NCBI GenBank assembly: GCA_965203175.1
Contig: OZ241867.1
Location: 4,512,001-4,576,000, forward strand
DNA: 64,000 nucleotides
DNA from: Candidatus Latescibacterota bacterium
Lineage (GTDB): Bacteria > Latescibacterota > UBA2968 > UBA8231
Direction of reading: 5' to 3'
In this document: positions 47,538-58,585 of the stretch, piece by piece
Position numbering within the stretch: position 1 is the first letter of the stretch
Layout of the letters: each line of letters opens with the position of its first letter
Position numbers and translations under genes: made by a program
The notes under the pieces: model-generated
The model's database searches: none
Told to the model about the DNA's origin: nothing
Seen by the model: the letters and a program-made list of their open reading frames with translations, nothing else

Positions 47538-48911
47538 ATGTCCGAAGCTGCGAAAACGCCGTATCGCCCCCCAGTATCGGAACTAGGCCCGGGCCAGACC
47601 TCGCACACCTCGATCACCGACAAGATCAGTGGGATCGTCCTGACCAAAAACACCCCACTGGCGTGGTTCTGCTGCTTTGCTTTGGGCTTTCTGCTGCTGC
47701 ACGGGTTCATGATAGGCGTTCCTTACCTGCTCTTTGAGGGCGTGGGCATCTGGGGCATCAACAACCCCATAGGCTGGGGTTGGGCCATTATCAATTTTGT
47801 CTGGTGGATCGGTATCGGCCACGCCGGCACCCTGATCTCGGCGATTCTACTACTGTTTCGGCAACGGTGGCGTACCTCGATCAACCGCGCGGCAGAAGCC
47901 ATGACCATCTTTGCTGTGCTCTGCGCCGCGCAGTTTCCGCTCTTCCACACGGGGCGGCCCTGGCTGGCTTGCTACTGGCTGTTACCCTATCCCAACTCCA
48001 TGGACATCTGGCCGCAGTTCCGCAGCCCGCTGATCTGGGATGTCTTCGCGGTCTCTACGTATTTGACAGTGTCTCTGGTCTTTTGGTTTGTCGGCTTAGT
48101 TCCAGACTTAGCAAGCCTGCGCGACCGCGCTAAAAACCGCATCGCCCAAGTCATCTACGGCGTGCTGGCACTCGGTTGGCGCGGTTCGGCCATTCACTGG
48201 GAGCGCTACGAAATGGCGTCCCTCCTGCTGGCCGGCCTCTCTACACCCCTCGTGCTTTCTGTCCACAGCGTCGTCAGTCTCGATTTTGCCGTAGGGCTTA
48301 TCCCCGGATGGCACACGACCATATTCCCTCCCTATTTCGTCGCCGGGGCGATCTATGCGGGCTTCGCCATGGTGCTGACCTTGATGATCCCCATGCGCCT
48401 TATCTATGGCTTAGACGACTTCATAACCGAGCGCCATCTAAACAACATGGCCAAAGTCATGTTGGCTTCCGGGCTAATTGTGGGATATGGTTATTTCATG
48501 GAGCAACTCATCGCCTGGTACAGTGCCAGTGTCTTTGAGGGCTTTATGATGCAAAACCGCATGCACGGCCCATACGGCCCCTACTACTGGGCCTTGATCC
48601 TCTGCAACATAGTCGTGCCGCAGCTCCTGTGGTTTAGACACTTCCGCACGAGCATGTTCTGGCTGTTTTTCATTTCCCAGTTCATCAACGTCGGCATGTG
48701 GCTGGAGCGCTTTGTCATCGTCGTCACGAGCCTACACCGGGATTTTATGCCCTCTTCTTGGGACATGTTTCATCCGACGATTTGGGACATCGCCATCTAC
48801 GCGGGTACCATCGGCCTGTTCATCGTCCTGTTTTTTCTATTCGTCCGCGGCCTACCGATGATTTCCATCCACGAGATCCGCAATCTGCTGGTCTCCGGAG
48901 ACCACAAGTGA
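47538..48911 (+). CDS. actC: Alternative complex III NrfD-like quinol-oxidising subunit C
   Basis: [37 protein letters not shown]. Confidence 0.95.
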   Translation: MSEAAKTPYRPPVSELGPGQTSHTSITDKISGIVLTKNTPLAWFCCFALGFLLLHGFMIGVPYLLFEGVGIWGINNPIGWGWAIINFVWWIGIGHAGTLISAILLLFRQRWRTSINRAAEAMTIFAVLCAAQFPLFHTGRPWLACYWLLPYPNSMDIWPQFRSPLIWDVFAVSTYLTVSLVFWFVGLVPDLASLRDRAKNRIAQVIYGVLALGWRGSAIHWERYEMASLLLAGLSTPLVLSVHSVVSLDFAVGLIPGWHTTIFPPYFVAGAIYAGFAMVLTLMIPMRLIYGLDDFITERHLNNMAKVMLASGLIVGYGYFMEQLIAWYSASVFEGFMMQNRMHGPYGPYYWALILCNIVVPQLLWFRHFRTSMFWLFFISQFINVGMWLERFVIVVTSLHRDFMPSSWDMFHPTIWDIAIYAGTIGLFIVLFFLFVRGLPMISIHEIRNLLVSGDHK

Positions 48912-48923
48912 GCCATTGAACTT

Positions 48924-49469
48924 ATGCAGCAGCACGAAGAATCAACGCACTACGGCCTGCTGGCCGAATTTGAATCTCCCGACGACTTGCTGACCGCGGC
49001 CAAGGAGACCTTTGCCGCTGGCTATCGCAAGATCGACGCCTATTCGCCCATGCCCGTCCACGGCTTGGGCGAGGCCATCGGCTTTCCTCGCACTAGGTTA
49101 CCCTGGCTGGTTTTCGCTTTTGGCCTACTTGGTGCCATCACGGGCTACTCCCTGTGCTATTGGGTCTCAGCCATCGACTATCCGCTCAATATCGCCGGCA
49201 AACCCTTGCACAGCGGGCCGATGTTCATCCCGGTAACCTTTGAGTTGACCATTCTCTTTGCCGCGCTCAGTTCGGCCTTTGGCATGTTCATCGCCAACGG
49301 ATTGCCCCAGCCCTATCACCCAGTTTTCAACGCGCCCAATTTCGCCCGCGCCAGCCAAGATCGCTTCTTTCTCAGCATCGAGGCCGAAGATCCTCAGTTC
49401 GACCGAGAAAAAACCGAGGAATTTCTGCGCGGCCTGAATCCGCATGAGGTTGTCGAAGTTGAAAAGTGA
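48924..49469 (+). CDS. actD: Alternative complex III subunit D (DUF3341)
   Basis: AEF, DAYSPMPVHGL, FIPVTFELTIL, DRFF. Confidence 0.92.
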   Translation: MQQHEESTHYGLLAEFESPDDLLTAAKETFAAGYRKIDAYSPMPVHGLGEAIGFPRTRLPWLVFAFGLLGAITGYSLCYWVSAIDYPLNIAGKPLHSGPMFIPVTFELTILFAALSSAFGMFIANGLPQPYHPVFNAPNFARASQDRFFLSIEAEDPQFDREKTEEFLRGLNPHEVVEVEK

Positions 49470-49470
49470 A

Positions 49471-50055
49471 ATGACCATCGCCAAGCGACGGCTGGCTGCC
49501 TTATTGGGAGCGGTGCTGTTGCTGATTGGTACCGCCGGTTGCGAACTGCGGCAGGCCATGTACGACCAAGAAAAATACGAGCCGCTAGAAGCCTCGACGT
49601 TCTTCGCCGACGGCATGTCTTTCCGCTCGCAGGTTGACGGCACCGTGGCGCGGGGCCAATTGATGCTCGACGAGCACTTCTACCAAGGGAAAATACAAGG
49701 CCAACTCGCGGAGACCCTGCCGGTGGCCGTTGACCGCCAGTTGCTAGAGCGCGGCCAAGAGCGCTACAACATTTTTTGCGCCCCCTGCCACGGCAGGACC
49801 GGAGCGGGCAACGGCATGATCGTCCAGCGCGGGCTCAAACAGCCACCAACCTATCATCAACAGCGGCTGCGCGAGATGCCCGTCGGTCACTTTTACGATG
49901 TCATTACCAATGGCTTTGGCGTCATGTACAGCTATGCCTCCCGCATTTCCGTGGCCGACCGCTGGGCCATAGTCGCTTATATCAAGGTGTTACAGCTAAG
50001 CCAGAACCTCGAATTCGACCAATTGCCGGCCGAGGACCAAAGGCAACTTCAATGA
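49471..50055 (+). CDS. actE: Alternative complex III monoheme cytochrome c lipoprotein E
   Basis: Lipobox TAGC, CAPCHG, DRWAIVAY. Confidence 0.92.
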   Translation: MTIAKRRLAALLGAVLLLIGTAGCELRQAMYDQEKYEPLEASTFFADGMSFRSQVDGTVARGQLMLDEHFYQGKIQGQLAETLPVAVDRQLLERGQERYNIFCAPCHGRTGAGNGMIVQRGLKQPPTYHQQRLREMPVGHFYDVITNGFGVMYSYASRISVADRWAIVAYIKVLQLSQNLEFDQLPAEDQRQLQ

Positions 50056-51287
50056 ACGAGTCGATTACCCAACAGTCCGCCGCCCTGCACCCCTATTTAG
50101 ATAACCTCCAGCGCTACGCGCTAGTCGTGGGCTTGGTCGGTTTGGCCGCCACTGCGGTCGGCTACTTCATGGACGTGGAGCAGTTCTTCCGCTCTTATTT
50201 GCTGGCCTTTACCTTCTGGATCGGCCTGCCCTTGGGCAGCTTGGGCATCCTCATGATCCACCACGTCGGCGGTGGCACTTGGGGATTTTCGATCCGGCGG
50301 CTGCTCGAAGCCGGGACTCGCACCCTGCCGCTGCTGTTTGTGCTGTCGCTGCCGATCCTCTTCTTCGGCTTGCACAGCCTTTACGAGTGGGCTAACCCGG
50401 AAGTCGTGCAAAAAGACAGCATCATCCAAAAAAAAGTCCCCTTTCTCACCGAGCCGTGGTTTATCGCGCGCACTGTGCTCTACTTCGCCATTTGGGGACT
50501 GTTCGCCTTCTTGCTCAACCGCTGGTCACTGCAGCAGGACCAGACGACGGAGACGCATCCGACCCATCGCATGCAGATCCTGAGCGGTCCGGGCATCGTC
50601 ATTTTCTTTCTTACCGCGACGCTAGCTTCTATTGATTGGCTAATGTCGCTTGAGCCGCATTGGTTTTCGACGATCTTCGGCGTCATCTACATCATAGGCA
50701 TGGCGCTGATGACCTGGGGGTTCATGTACCTCATCGCCGTCCCCCTCTCGCGGCGGGAACCTCTACAGGGCGTAATTACAGAGCAGCACCTGCGCGACTT
50801 GGGTACCTTTATGCTAGCCTGCGTCATGCTCTGGGCATATACCTCGTTTTCCCAGTTGCTCATCATCTGGTCGGCTAATTTGCCCGAGGAAATTACTTGG
50901 TACATAACCCGTTTGGAGGGCGGCTGGCAATACGTCGGCTACGGGCTGTTGGTGTTTCACTTTGCCGTCCCCTTTCTGTTCCTCATATCCAGCACTATGA
51001 AGTCCAAAACCAAGCTACTCGCCACCATTGCCGCCGGCTTGATCTTCATGCGCTTGGTCGATTTGTACTGGATCACGGCACCGACCTTCACCAAGGTCCA
51101 CGCCGAAAAGGGACCGAGCTTCCACAGCACTGGGTTCACTCTACATTGGCTCGACCTAGCCATTCCAATAGGAATCGGCGGCATCGTCCTTGCGCTTTTC
51201 TTCGCGCAGTTAAAAAAGCGCACCTTGATCGCGCAAAACGATCCCCGCTTTGCAGACCTTTATAGCGGCGAAAGCAATCATGGCTGA
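50052..51287 (+). CDS. actF: Alternative complex III membrane subunit F
   Basis: GGTWG..IRR, DWLMSLEPHWFSTIFG, WAY..FSQ..IIW..NLPEE. Confidence 0.92.
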   Translation: MNESITQQSAALHPYLDNLQRYALVVGLVGLAATAVGYFMDVEQFFRSYLLAFTFWIGLPLGSLGILMIHHVGGGTWGFSIRRLLEAGTRTLPLLFVLSLPILFFGLHSLYEWANPEVVQKDSIIQKKVPFLTEPWFIARTVLYFAIWGLFAFLLNRWSLQQDQTTETHPTHRMQILSGPGIVIFFLTATLASIDWLMSLEPHWFSTIFGVIYIIGMALMTWGFMYLIAVPLSRREPLQGVITEQHLRDLGTFMLACVMLWAYTSFSQLLIIWSANLPEEITWYITRLEGGWQYVGYGLLVFHFAVPFLFLISSTMKSKTKLLATIAAGLIFMRLVDLYWITAPTFTKVHAEKGPSFHSTGFTLHWLDLAIPIGIGGIVLALFFAQLKKRTLIAQNDPRFADLYSGESNHG

Positions 51288-51675
51288 ACAAGCACACGAC
51301 CAAAGCAACTCCGGCTACGAGACGACGGACGCGCAAGTAAAGCCGCTGGCACAGACCGGCGTCTTCCTTACCGTGTTAGTCATCGCTTCCTTTATTGCCA
51401 TGATCGTCTTATTCAGGGGTCTTGCCTATTACCAGGAGCTCTTTGACGATCCAGTTCCGCCGCTCGTCGAGAATCGCATTGCCAGCGACGCACCGAGGCT
51501 ACAGGTGGACCCGCCAAAGCAAAAGTTTGAGTTGGCCCAAAGCGAAGCCGCGATCCTCAACTCCTACGGCTGGATCGACGAACAAGTGAAGGTAGTCCAC
51601 ATTCCCATCGAGCGAGCAATTGATCTGGTGAGCGAGGGCAAAATGCCGCTCATCGCTCCGCCAGCAACACCATGA
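51280..51675 (+). CDS. Single-TM hypothetical protein in the ACIII operon (ActG position)
   Basis: One TM, PRLQ and LNSYGWID...HIPIERA; overlaps both neighbours. Confidence 0.8.
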   Translation: MAEQAHDQSNSGYETTDAQVKPLAQTGVFLTVLVIASFIAMIVLFRGLAYYQELFDDPVPPLVENRIASDAPRLQVDPPKQKFELAQSEAAILNSYGWIDEQVKVVHIPIERAIDLVSEGKMPLIAPPATP

Positions 51676-52511
51676 GCAGACCTACAACGACATTCGCTCG
51701 CAGCGCGATCTTTTCGGCATTAACTCTGCCGCTTTTGCTAGCCGGCCAGACCCGGGCGCAAAGCTATACCCAGCAGCTACAAAAGAGCATCGGCATCGAC
51801 CAAAAATTGGGCGACCAGATTCCCTTGGATCTCGAATTCACCGACTCCAATGGCAAGCGCACTGCGCTGCGCCAATACTTCGGCCAAAAGCCCATCGTAC
51901 TCACCTTGGTGTACTACGAGTGCCCCATGCTCTGCACCCAAGTGCTGAATAGTCTCTTGCGGGCAATGAATGTGCTGAGTTTTGGCATTGGCACGGATTT
52001 CGACGTCTTGACCATCAGCGTCGATCCCGGGGAAACTCCGGAGTTGGCCGCAGCCAAAAAGGCCGAGTACAGCAAAAACTACCGCGGCCGCGATGGTTCT
52101 ACGGGTTGGCATTTTCTCACCGGCGAGGAAGACCAGATCGAGCAACTGGCCTCAGCCGTCGGCTTTCGTTACGAATACGATGAAGATACCGACCAGTACA
52201 TTCACGCTAGCGGCTTGATGGTGCTGACGCCGGACGGCAAACTGGCGCGCTATTTATACGGCATTGACTACCCTCCGCGCGACTTGCGCTGGGGCCTCGT
52301 CGAAGCAGCCGACGGTGCCATCGGCAATCCAGTTGACCAGCTCCTACTGCTCTGCTATAGCTACGACCCAATGACCGGCAAATACGGTCTCTACATCCGC
52401 AATTCTCTGCGCATCGGGGGGTTGATTACTGTGCTCGCTCTCGTTGGTTTTATCATCGCAATGCTCAAGCGGGATCGCCGCAACAACCTGCACCAGCCTC
52501 AGCTCAACTAG
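51672..52511 (+). CDS. SCO1/SenC family copper chaperone
   Basis: YYECPMLC CxxxC, WHFLTG, conserved His, C-terminal TM. Confidence 0.92.
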   Translation: MSRPTTTFARSAIFSALTLPLLLAGQTRAQSYTQQLQKSIGIDQKLGDQIPLDLEFTDSNGKRTALRQYFGQKPIVLTLVYYECPMLCTQVLNSLLRAMNVLSFGIGTDFDVLTISVDPGETPELAAAKKAEYSKNYRGRDGSTGWHFLTGEEDQIEQLASAVGFRYEYDEDTDQYIHASGLMVLTPDGKLARYLYGIDYPPRDLRWGLVEAADGAIGNPVDQLLLLCYSYDPMTGKYGLYIRNSLRIGGLITVLALVGFIIAMLKRDRRNNLHQPQLN

Positions 52512-52529
52512 TTCGGAGCCTTGAACCGC

Positions 52530-53465
52530 ATGTCCGACTTTCCACTTTTTCCCGCCCAAGCCTCCACCATCGCCTGGCAAGTAGATGCCCTGTACGCATT
52601 CTTGCTCGTCTTGACTGTGATTTTCTGCCTGCTCGTCTTCGGTATGGTAATCATCTTCGCCATCAAGTACCGCCGCCGCTCTGAAGACGAACAGCCCGAG
52701 CAAACTCACGGCAATCTCGTCCTCGAATTATCTTGGACCATCATCCCACTCTTTTTGGCGCTTTTTGTCTTTTTGCTCGGAGCCGATGTCTTCTTCCGGC
52801 TCCAGCGGCCGCCGTCCGACCCCTTGGAGATTTACGCGGTCGGCAAGCAGTGGATGTGGAAAATCCAACACGAATCGGGCAAGCGAGAAATCAATACTCT
52901 GCACGTACCCAAGGGCCAGCCCGTCCGCCTTACCATGACCTCAGAGGACGTAATCCACGACTTTTTCATCCCAGCCTTCCGCGTCAAAAACGACGTGTTG
53001 CCCGGGCGCTACACGACTCTGTGGTTCGAAGCCACGCAGACAGGCGAGTTCCACTTGTTTTGCGCTGAGTATTGCGGCACCCAGCACGCGGGCATGATCG
53101 GCAAGGTGATCGTCTTAGAGCCAGCGGATTACCACGACTGGCTGATGGGAGCGTCCAGTGGCGAATCCATGGTCGAGGCCGGTGAGCGCCAGTTCCAGCA
53201 ACTCGGCTGCGAGACCTGCCACAAATCCACGGCCACGGGTCGCGGGCCTTCGTTGGTCGGGATTTACGACAAACCGGTGACACTCAGCAACGGGCAAGAA
53301 GTCGTCGTCGATAGCGACTACATCCGCGAGTCCATACTCCAACCCCAGGCCAAAATCGTCGCTGGGTACGAGCCGATTATGCCCATCTTTGAAGGGCAGA
53401 TCAGCGAGCAGTCGCTGTTGCAAATCGCATCCTATATCGAATCCCTGAGTGAGTCCGCAGAGTGA
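52530..53465 (+). CDS. coxB: Cytochrome c oxidase subunit II with fused cytochrome c (caa3)
   Basis: [16 protein letters not shown] CuA motif, C-terminal CETCH. Confidence 0.96.
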   Translation: MSDFPLFPAQASTIAWQVDALYAFLLVLTVIFCLLVFGMVIIFAIKYRRRSEDEQPEQTHGNLVLELSWTIIPLFLALFVFLLGADVFFRLQRPPSDPLEIYAVGKQWMWKIQHESGKREINTLHVPKGQPVRLTMTSEDVIHDFFIPAFRVKNDVLPGRYTTLWFEATQTGEFHLFCAEYCGTQHAGMIGKVIVLEPADYHDWLMGASSGESMVEAGERQFQQLGCETCHKSTATGRGPSLVGIYDKPVTLSNGQEVVVDSDYIRESILQPQAKIVAGYEPIMPIFEGQISEQSLLQIASYIESLSESAE

Positions 53466-53490
53466 ACATCTCAACGAGGTCATTCAAGCC

Positions 53491-55158
53491 ATGAGCCACG
53501 CAGTCAGCGCCAACGGCGAGCCGAGAAACTATCTCAACGAAACGTATGGGATCAAATCTTGGCTCCTGACCCTAGACCACAAGCGCATCGGTATCCTCTA
53601 CTTGATAACGCTGGCGGTCTTCTTCTTGGTCGGCAGCATGTTCGCCAGCCTCATTCGCTTTGAGTTGATGACGCCCAAAGGCGATTTGGTCGAAGCAGAG
53701 ACCTACAACAAGCTCTTCACCATGCACGGGGTGGTGATGATCTTCTTCTTTCTGATCCCCTCGATCCCGGCGGTGTTGGGCAACTTTCTTATTCCCCTAC
53801 AGATCGGCGCGCGGGACGTGGCCTTCCCCCGCTTAAATCTCCTCAGCTATTACCTCTACGTCGCCGGCGGGGCCTTCGCCGTGCTGGCCATCATTATGGG
53901 GGGCATTGATACGGGTTGGACCTTTTACACGCCTTATAGCAGTACGTACTCCACTTCGTTCGTTTCCCTAGCCTTAGTCGGCGTTTTTGTCAACGGCTTC
54001 TCTTCGATCCTCACCGGGGTCAACTTCATGGTCACCATCCACAAGATGCGGGCCCCAGGTATGACGTGGTTCCGCTTGCCGCTTTTTATTTGGGGGCACT
54101 ACGCGACCAGCTTGATTCAGGTCCTAGGCACCCCGGTGGTGGCCATCACCTTGTTGCTGGTTTGCTTCGAGCGCGCCTTCAAGATCGGCATTTTCGATCC
54201 CAATTACGGCGGTGATCCGGTGCTTTTCCAGCACATGTTTTGGTTTTACTCGCATCCGGCCGTGTACATCATGATCTTGCCGGGCTTTGCCGTCATCAGC
54301 GATGTCATAGCTTGCTTCTCGCGCAAGCGCGTCTTCGGCTATTCCTTTGTGGCTTTTTCCTCGCTGGCCATCGCCGTCCTTGGCTTTCTCGTCTGGGGCC
54401 ACCATTTGTTCGTATCGGGCCAATCCACCTATGCCAGCATGGTTTTTTCCTTCATCACCTTTTTCATCGCCGTACCCACGGCCATCAAAATTTTCAACTG
54501 GGCTTTCACTCTCCACAAAGCCTCGGTTAAGCTAGACTCGCCGATGCTCTACGTGATGGGCTTTATCGGCCTTTTCACCATCGGCGGCCTGACGGGCCTG
54601 TTCCTCTCCACCTTGGGCATAGACGTCCATCTCCACGATACCTACTTCGTGGTTGCCCATTTTCACTATGTCATGGTGGGCGGCATGGTCATGGGGTTCC
54701 TCTGCGGCCTGCATTTTTGGTGGCCTAAAATGACCGGGCGCATGTACTCGGAAGGGGCGGCCAAGCTCGGCGTCATGTTCGTCTTCGCCGGGTTCAACTT
54801 GACCTTCTTCCCGCAATTTATCTTGGGTTACTTGGGAATGCCTCGGCGCTATCACGCCTATCCCGAGGAATGGCAAGCCCTCAACATCATGTCCACGGCG
54901 GGCGCCACTGTCCTCGGCTTGGGCTTCACACTGACCATCGTCTATCTCCTCTGGTCCTTGTTTAAGGGCGAGAAGGCCACCGCCAATCCGTTCCAAGCCA
55001 AGGGCCTTGAATGGGACATCCCCTCGCCGCCCATAGCCCACAATTTTGAAGCCATCCCGATAGTTACCTGGGAAGCCTATCCGTACGGTGAGGAGGAACC
55101 GGCGGAACCGAGTACTGAGGCCGTACCTGAACGCGCTAAGGAGGATGAAGTTGTCTGA
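53491..55158 (+). CDS. coxA: Cytochrome c oxidase subunit I (A2 type)
   Basis: [15 protein letters not shown] (YS motif of A2), VWGHH, VAHFHY, MPRR. Confidence 0.97.
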   Translation: MSHAVSANGEPRNYLNETYGIKSWLLTLDHKRIGILYLITLAVFFLVGSMFASLIRFELMTPKGDLVEAETYNKLFTMHGVVMIFFFLIPSIPAVLGNFLIPLQIGARDVAFPRLNLLSYYLYVAGGAFAVLAIIMGGIDTGWTFYTPYSSTYSTSFVSLALVGVFVNGFSSILTGVNFMVTIHKMRAPGMTWFRLPLFIWGHYATSLIQVLGTPVVAITLLLVCFERAFKIGIFDPNYGGDPVLFQHMFWFYSHPAVYIMILPGFAVISDVIACFSRKRVFGYSFVAFSSLAIAVLGFLVWGHHLFVSGQSTYASMVFSFITFFIAVPTAIKIFNWAFTLHKASVKLDSPMLYVMGFIGLFTIGGLTGLFLSTLGIDVHLHDTYFVVAHFHYVMVGGMVMGFLCGLHFWWPKMTGRMYSEGAAKLGVMFVFAGFNLTFFPQFILGYLGMPRRYHAYPEEWQALNIMSTAGATVLGLGFTLTIVYLLWSLFKGEKATANPFQAKGLEWDIPSPPIAHNFEAIPIVTWEAYPYGEEEPAEPSTEAVPERAKEDEVV

Positions 55159-55813
55159 TCACGCACATAGCGCCCACCACCTACACCAGTTCGAGACGGC
55201 GCAGCAGCAATACGAAGCCGCTAGTCTCGGCATGTGGGCGTTCATCATCCAGGAAATCCTGTTCTTCGGGGGGTTGTTCGGTGCCTATACTGTGTACCGC
55301 AACGAATATATTGAAGCCTTTACCGCTGGCTCTAAGCTCCTCAGCATCGGCTGGGGCACCTTCAACACCATCGTGCTGATCGCCAGCAGTCTGACCATGG
55401 CGCTAGCCGTCCGCGCCGCGCAGACCAATGCTGGTCGCAACGCGATTACGGGGTGGCTCGTCGCCACGATCATTCTCGGCTGCGCTTTCTTAGGCGTCAA
55501 GTACATCGAGTACAGCCACAAGTTGCACCAGAACCTCATCCCCGCCGGCAGCATGTTCCAGTGGAACGACCCGGCGGTCACGCTCGGCAACGCCAAAATT
55601 TTCTTCTCGTTTTACTTCGTGATGACCGGGATGCACGCGCTGCACATGGTCGTTGGCGTCGGCATCATGCTGTGGATGATCGCCAAGGTCCGGCGCAACG
55701 AGATCTCGGCTCAGTACTTTACGCCGATTGAAATCAGCGGCCTTTATTGGCACTTCGTCGATATCGTGTGGATTTTCCTCTTCCCGCTGCTCTATCTGAT
55801 TGGACGCCACTAA
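55151..55813 (+). CDS. coxC: Cytochrome c oxidase subunit III
   Basis: [23 protein letters not shown]; TTG start after AGGAGG. Confidence 0.95.
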   Translation: MSDHAHSAHHLHQFETAQQQYEAASLGMWAFIIQEILFFGGLFGAYTVYRNEYIEAFTAGSKLLSIGWGTFNTIVLIASSLTMALAVRAAQTNAGRNAITGWLVATIILGCAFLGVKYIEYSHKLHQNLIPAGSMFQWNDPAVTLGNAKIFFSFYFVMTGMHALHMVVGVGIMLWMIAKVRRNEISAQYFTPIEISGLYWHFVDIVWIFLFPLLYLIGRH

Positions 55814-56154
55814 TGTCTGAACATCACTCTGAACACCATGTCGTCCCACTCAAGATCTACTTTCTGATCTTCTTCGCCCTGATGATCGGCACGGTAATCA
55901 CGGTGGCTGCCGCCTTCGTCGACATGGGCTTTTTGAATACCCCGGTCGCCCTGATCATCGCTTTAGTAAAGGCATCGCTGGTCATCTTGTTCTTCATGCA
56001 CGTGAAATACAGCCCCAAGCTAGTCGGGCTTTTCGCGGTCGCCGGCTTTTTCTGGCTGTGCATCCTGCTGGCCTTGACCATGCAGGACTACTACACGCGC
56101 GGCTGGGGTCAAGAAGCACCGGTGGAGTTTCTCAAGCAGGGATCTTTCTTCTAA
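55813..56154 (+). CDS. coxD: Cytochrome c oxidase subunit IV
   Basis: Three TMs with KASLVILFFMHVKY. Confidence 0.9.
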   Translation: MSEHHSEHHVVPLKIYFLIFFALMIGTVITVAAAFVDMGFLNTPVALIIALVKASLVILFFMHVKYSPKLVGLFAVAGFFWLCILLALTMQDYYTRGWGQEAPVEFLKQGSFF

Positions 56155-56181
56155 ATCCTAACCCCTCTACAGTATTTCACG

Positions 56182-56222
56182 AAAATAGCCCGGGCCGCTT
56201 GAGCGATCCGGGCTATTGTATT
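56182..56222. terminator. Terminator hairpin between convergent units
   Basis: AATAGCCCGG...CCGGGCTATT inverted repeat. Confidence 0.75.
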
Positions 56223-56258
56223 GCCGCAATGTTCTACCTTCTACCTTGCTGGTCGTCC

Positions 56259-56840
56259 TCACTCTGAACTGGCTACCATAGTTTCGGCTAGCGCAAAACA
56301 GCAGGAACTGCGGGCTTGGCCCAAGCTTTTGCTCCAGGCATCGCGTGGATAGGGGCGACCGGGTACAGCCATATCGTCGAGTTGCATCTGGCCGGCAGCA
56401 GCAAAAATCAGCACCGTGAAGACGATGTGCGGGTTGACGGTGGGCGGGCCAACTAAGGGGCTTTCCAATTGCTCCCAAGTGGCAGTCAGAGCGTGGGACT
56501 CGCTTTGGATAGTCCAAGAAGGATTGTGGTCGATGTGACCGGCGCGGCTGAAGGAGGCGGGCCATTGAGGCAGGTCGCGGTCGAATGGATTATTGCTGCC
56601 GCGAATCATGGTGGCCGTAATAAAATCGGCCAAGTCGGGGTTGTCGGAGCAGACGGCGGTCAGGCCCTCGGAGCCGGGAATGTCGATATAGGCCACCGTT
56701 CCCTGACCTGCAGGGCTGTAGGCGGCGTAGTATAGACTGAGTTGTCCGCTATCGGCTTGGCTCCCAGGCAGGCGCAGATAGAGAATCCAGTGTTCGCCGG
56801 ACCAGAGGAGCGGACCGCGGCTGAGGGTGGCTTGGGTCAT
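56259..56840 (-). CDS. Hypothetical protein
   Basis: 193-aa ORF filling the gap with co-directional neighbours; WSGEHW and FALAET motifs; family not recognised. Confidence 0.75.
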   Translation of the reverse strand: MTQATLSRGPLLWSGEHWILYLRLPGSQADSGQLSLYYAAYSPAGQGTVAYIDIPGSEGLTAVCSDNPDLADFITATMIRGSNNPFDRDLPQWPASFSRAGHIDHNPSWTIQSESHALTATWEQLESPLVGPPTVNPHIVFTVLIFAAAGQMQLDDMAVPGRPYPRDAWSKSLGQARSSCCFALAETMVASSE

Positions 56841-56861
56841 GGATTGAACTCTTCGCGGACC

Positions 56862-57224
56862 TCAAGCAATGTCGCGGACGAGCACTAAAATCGCTGCCTG
56901 CGGCACGACGATGAACTTCTCGTCGTCGAACTTAATTTCTACCGCGTCTTTGCGCAGGAAAATGGCGTGGTCGCCTTTTTTGGCCTGGAGGCCGATGTAG
57001 CGCATCTGCTCGCCCCCCTCTTCCCAAGGTGCACCGTCGTCATCGGCTTTTGGCGGCAAGGGAACGCCTGGCCCCACTTCTTCGACACGCCCGCTTTGCA
57101 CATTCTCCTTTTCTAAGGCGGTCGGCGGCAGATAAAGCCCCACGGCCGTGCGCTCTTCCATGTCGTCAACCCGGATTAGCACGCGGTCGCCGACTACGTA
57201 CAGTTCCTTGTCGCCCCTAATCAT
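56862..57224 (-). CDS. GroES/Cpn10 family co-chaperone paralogue with extended roof loop
   Basis: VVGDRVLI, TAVGLYLP, G.V.EVGPG, GD..IF, ILVL; start at ATG 57224 after GGAG. Confidence 0.88.
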   Translation of the reverse strand: MIRGDKELYVVGDRVLIRVDDMEERTAVGLYLPPTALEKENVQSGRVEEVGPGVPLPPKADDDGAPWEEGGEQMRYIGLQAKKGDHAIFLRKDAVEIKFDDEKFIVVPQAAILVLVRDIA

Positions 57225-57249
57225 CTGCTTCTGTACTCCTCTTGGATTA

Positions 57250-58464
57250 TTAAGACGCCAGCCGCAAACATTCGCCGTAGCGCTCGAAGCGCTCTCCTTC
57301 CTCCTCTTCTGGATCGACGTACTTGAGCCAAAGGGCACTGTCCTTCTTATCGCCGCTGAGATCGCGGCGGCTACCCAGATTGCTCGGATCGACGCCGTTC
57401 CACACCACTTGGCCATCCTGTAGGTAGATGAATTGCCCGCCATAGCGGCCAATCAGTTGATCCTGTTGATCTTGGTAGATCAGCCCCTGTTCACAAGTAG
57501 TGCGCCGCCAGTTGGCTACCGTGGCGTCTGAGTCCGTAGATACGGAGTCGAATTCGGCCAACGGGGCCTCGACCTCGCTCGCAAAGTCGATCTCGTCCAA
57601 ATCCACCGTGCCAAAGCCGCGCGCGGCAGCTATCAGCAAGTGATTGCGGTCGCGGCGGAAAGGCGGAGTCGGCCAATCGGATTGGGGATCGTGGCCCATC
57701 AGGGTCATGCCGCAGGCATCCGTCGCCACTGGATGATCGCCAGCCATCAAGGCATTGCAAATCCGGCCCTCACCGCCCCATTCACGGCCCCATTGGCCGG
57801 TGAGGGCCTCGACGATGTTGAGGCAGGGCTTGGTAATCAAGCCCAAGTCCGGCAGGACATAGGAAAGCCGGATTATATGGTGATAGTACGACCGCGTCCG
57901 CCCTTCCGGCGGAATCATTGGAGGCAGGCCAAAAAGGTTTTTCAGAGTCAAGGTAATGCCCATAAAGGCGTGATTCTTCATCTTGGCGATGGAGACCATC
58001 TCGTCGGCCTCGGCAAAGACCGAGTTGAGCACGTAGTGGTCGAACATGCAGCCGCCATCGGGCACGGCAAAAGTAGTAAAGGGCGGCAAATTGCCATCGA
58101 CGAAGCGGACGCCAAACTCGTCCAACAAGTAGCGGTAGTTAAAATCGTCTGGGGTCACATGGCCATTGCTGTATGGATAGGTATCTACCGCCACGAGCTC
58201 GGCCGTCGTCCGCTCCCGCAACAGGCGCAACACCGCACGGGCCACCGCGTCATCGACCAATTCTCGGCGGCGACCAGCAAAATACTCAACGCGCTCCGGC
58301 GGCTTGATCATGTTAAACTTCAGCGCGATCCGCCTCGCCTTGGCTAACTTTTCCCACGATCGTTCTAGCGGTTCGGTAGTGCGCTTGAGCACTTGATATA
58401 TTTCTTCATCGCTCGCCTGATGGTCGCAATGCGAAGCTCGGACCTTGTACTGTTTGTCGCTCAT
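57250..58464 (-). CDS. DUF362 domain protein with C-terminal extension
   Basis: LKFN, SIAKMKNH..ITLTLKNLFG, D.VATDAC...MG; start at ATG 58464. Confidence 0.85.
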   Translation of the reverse strand: MSDKQYKVRASHCDHQASDEEIYQVLKRTTEPLERSWEKLAKARRIALKFNMIKPPERVEYFAGRRRELVDDAVARAVLRLLRERTTAELVAVDTYPYSNGHVTPDDFNYRYLLDEFGVRFVDGNLPPFTTFAVPDGGCMFDHYVLNSVFAEADEMVSIAKMKNHAFMGITLTLKNLFGLPPMIPPEGRTRSYYHHIIRLSYVLPDLGLITKPCLNIVEALTGQWGREWGGEGRICNALMAGDHPVATDACGMTLMGHDPQSDWPTPPFRRDRNHLLIAAARGFGTVDLDEIDFASEVEAPLAEFDSVSTDSDATVANWRRTTCEQGLIYQDQQDQLIGRYGGQFIYLQDGQVVWNGVDPSNLGSRRDLSGDKKDSALWLKYVDPEEEEGERFERYGECLRLAS

Positions 58465-58585
58465 GGAACGCTCCTTTGAGGCCTTTTCACTGTGCGTGCT
58501 AGGTGATATATTGGAAAACATATTGTGCGACTTTTCTCTGTCAAGCCAGCCGCTCTTCCCTCTCATCCTCAGCAAAGGGTATCCC

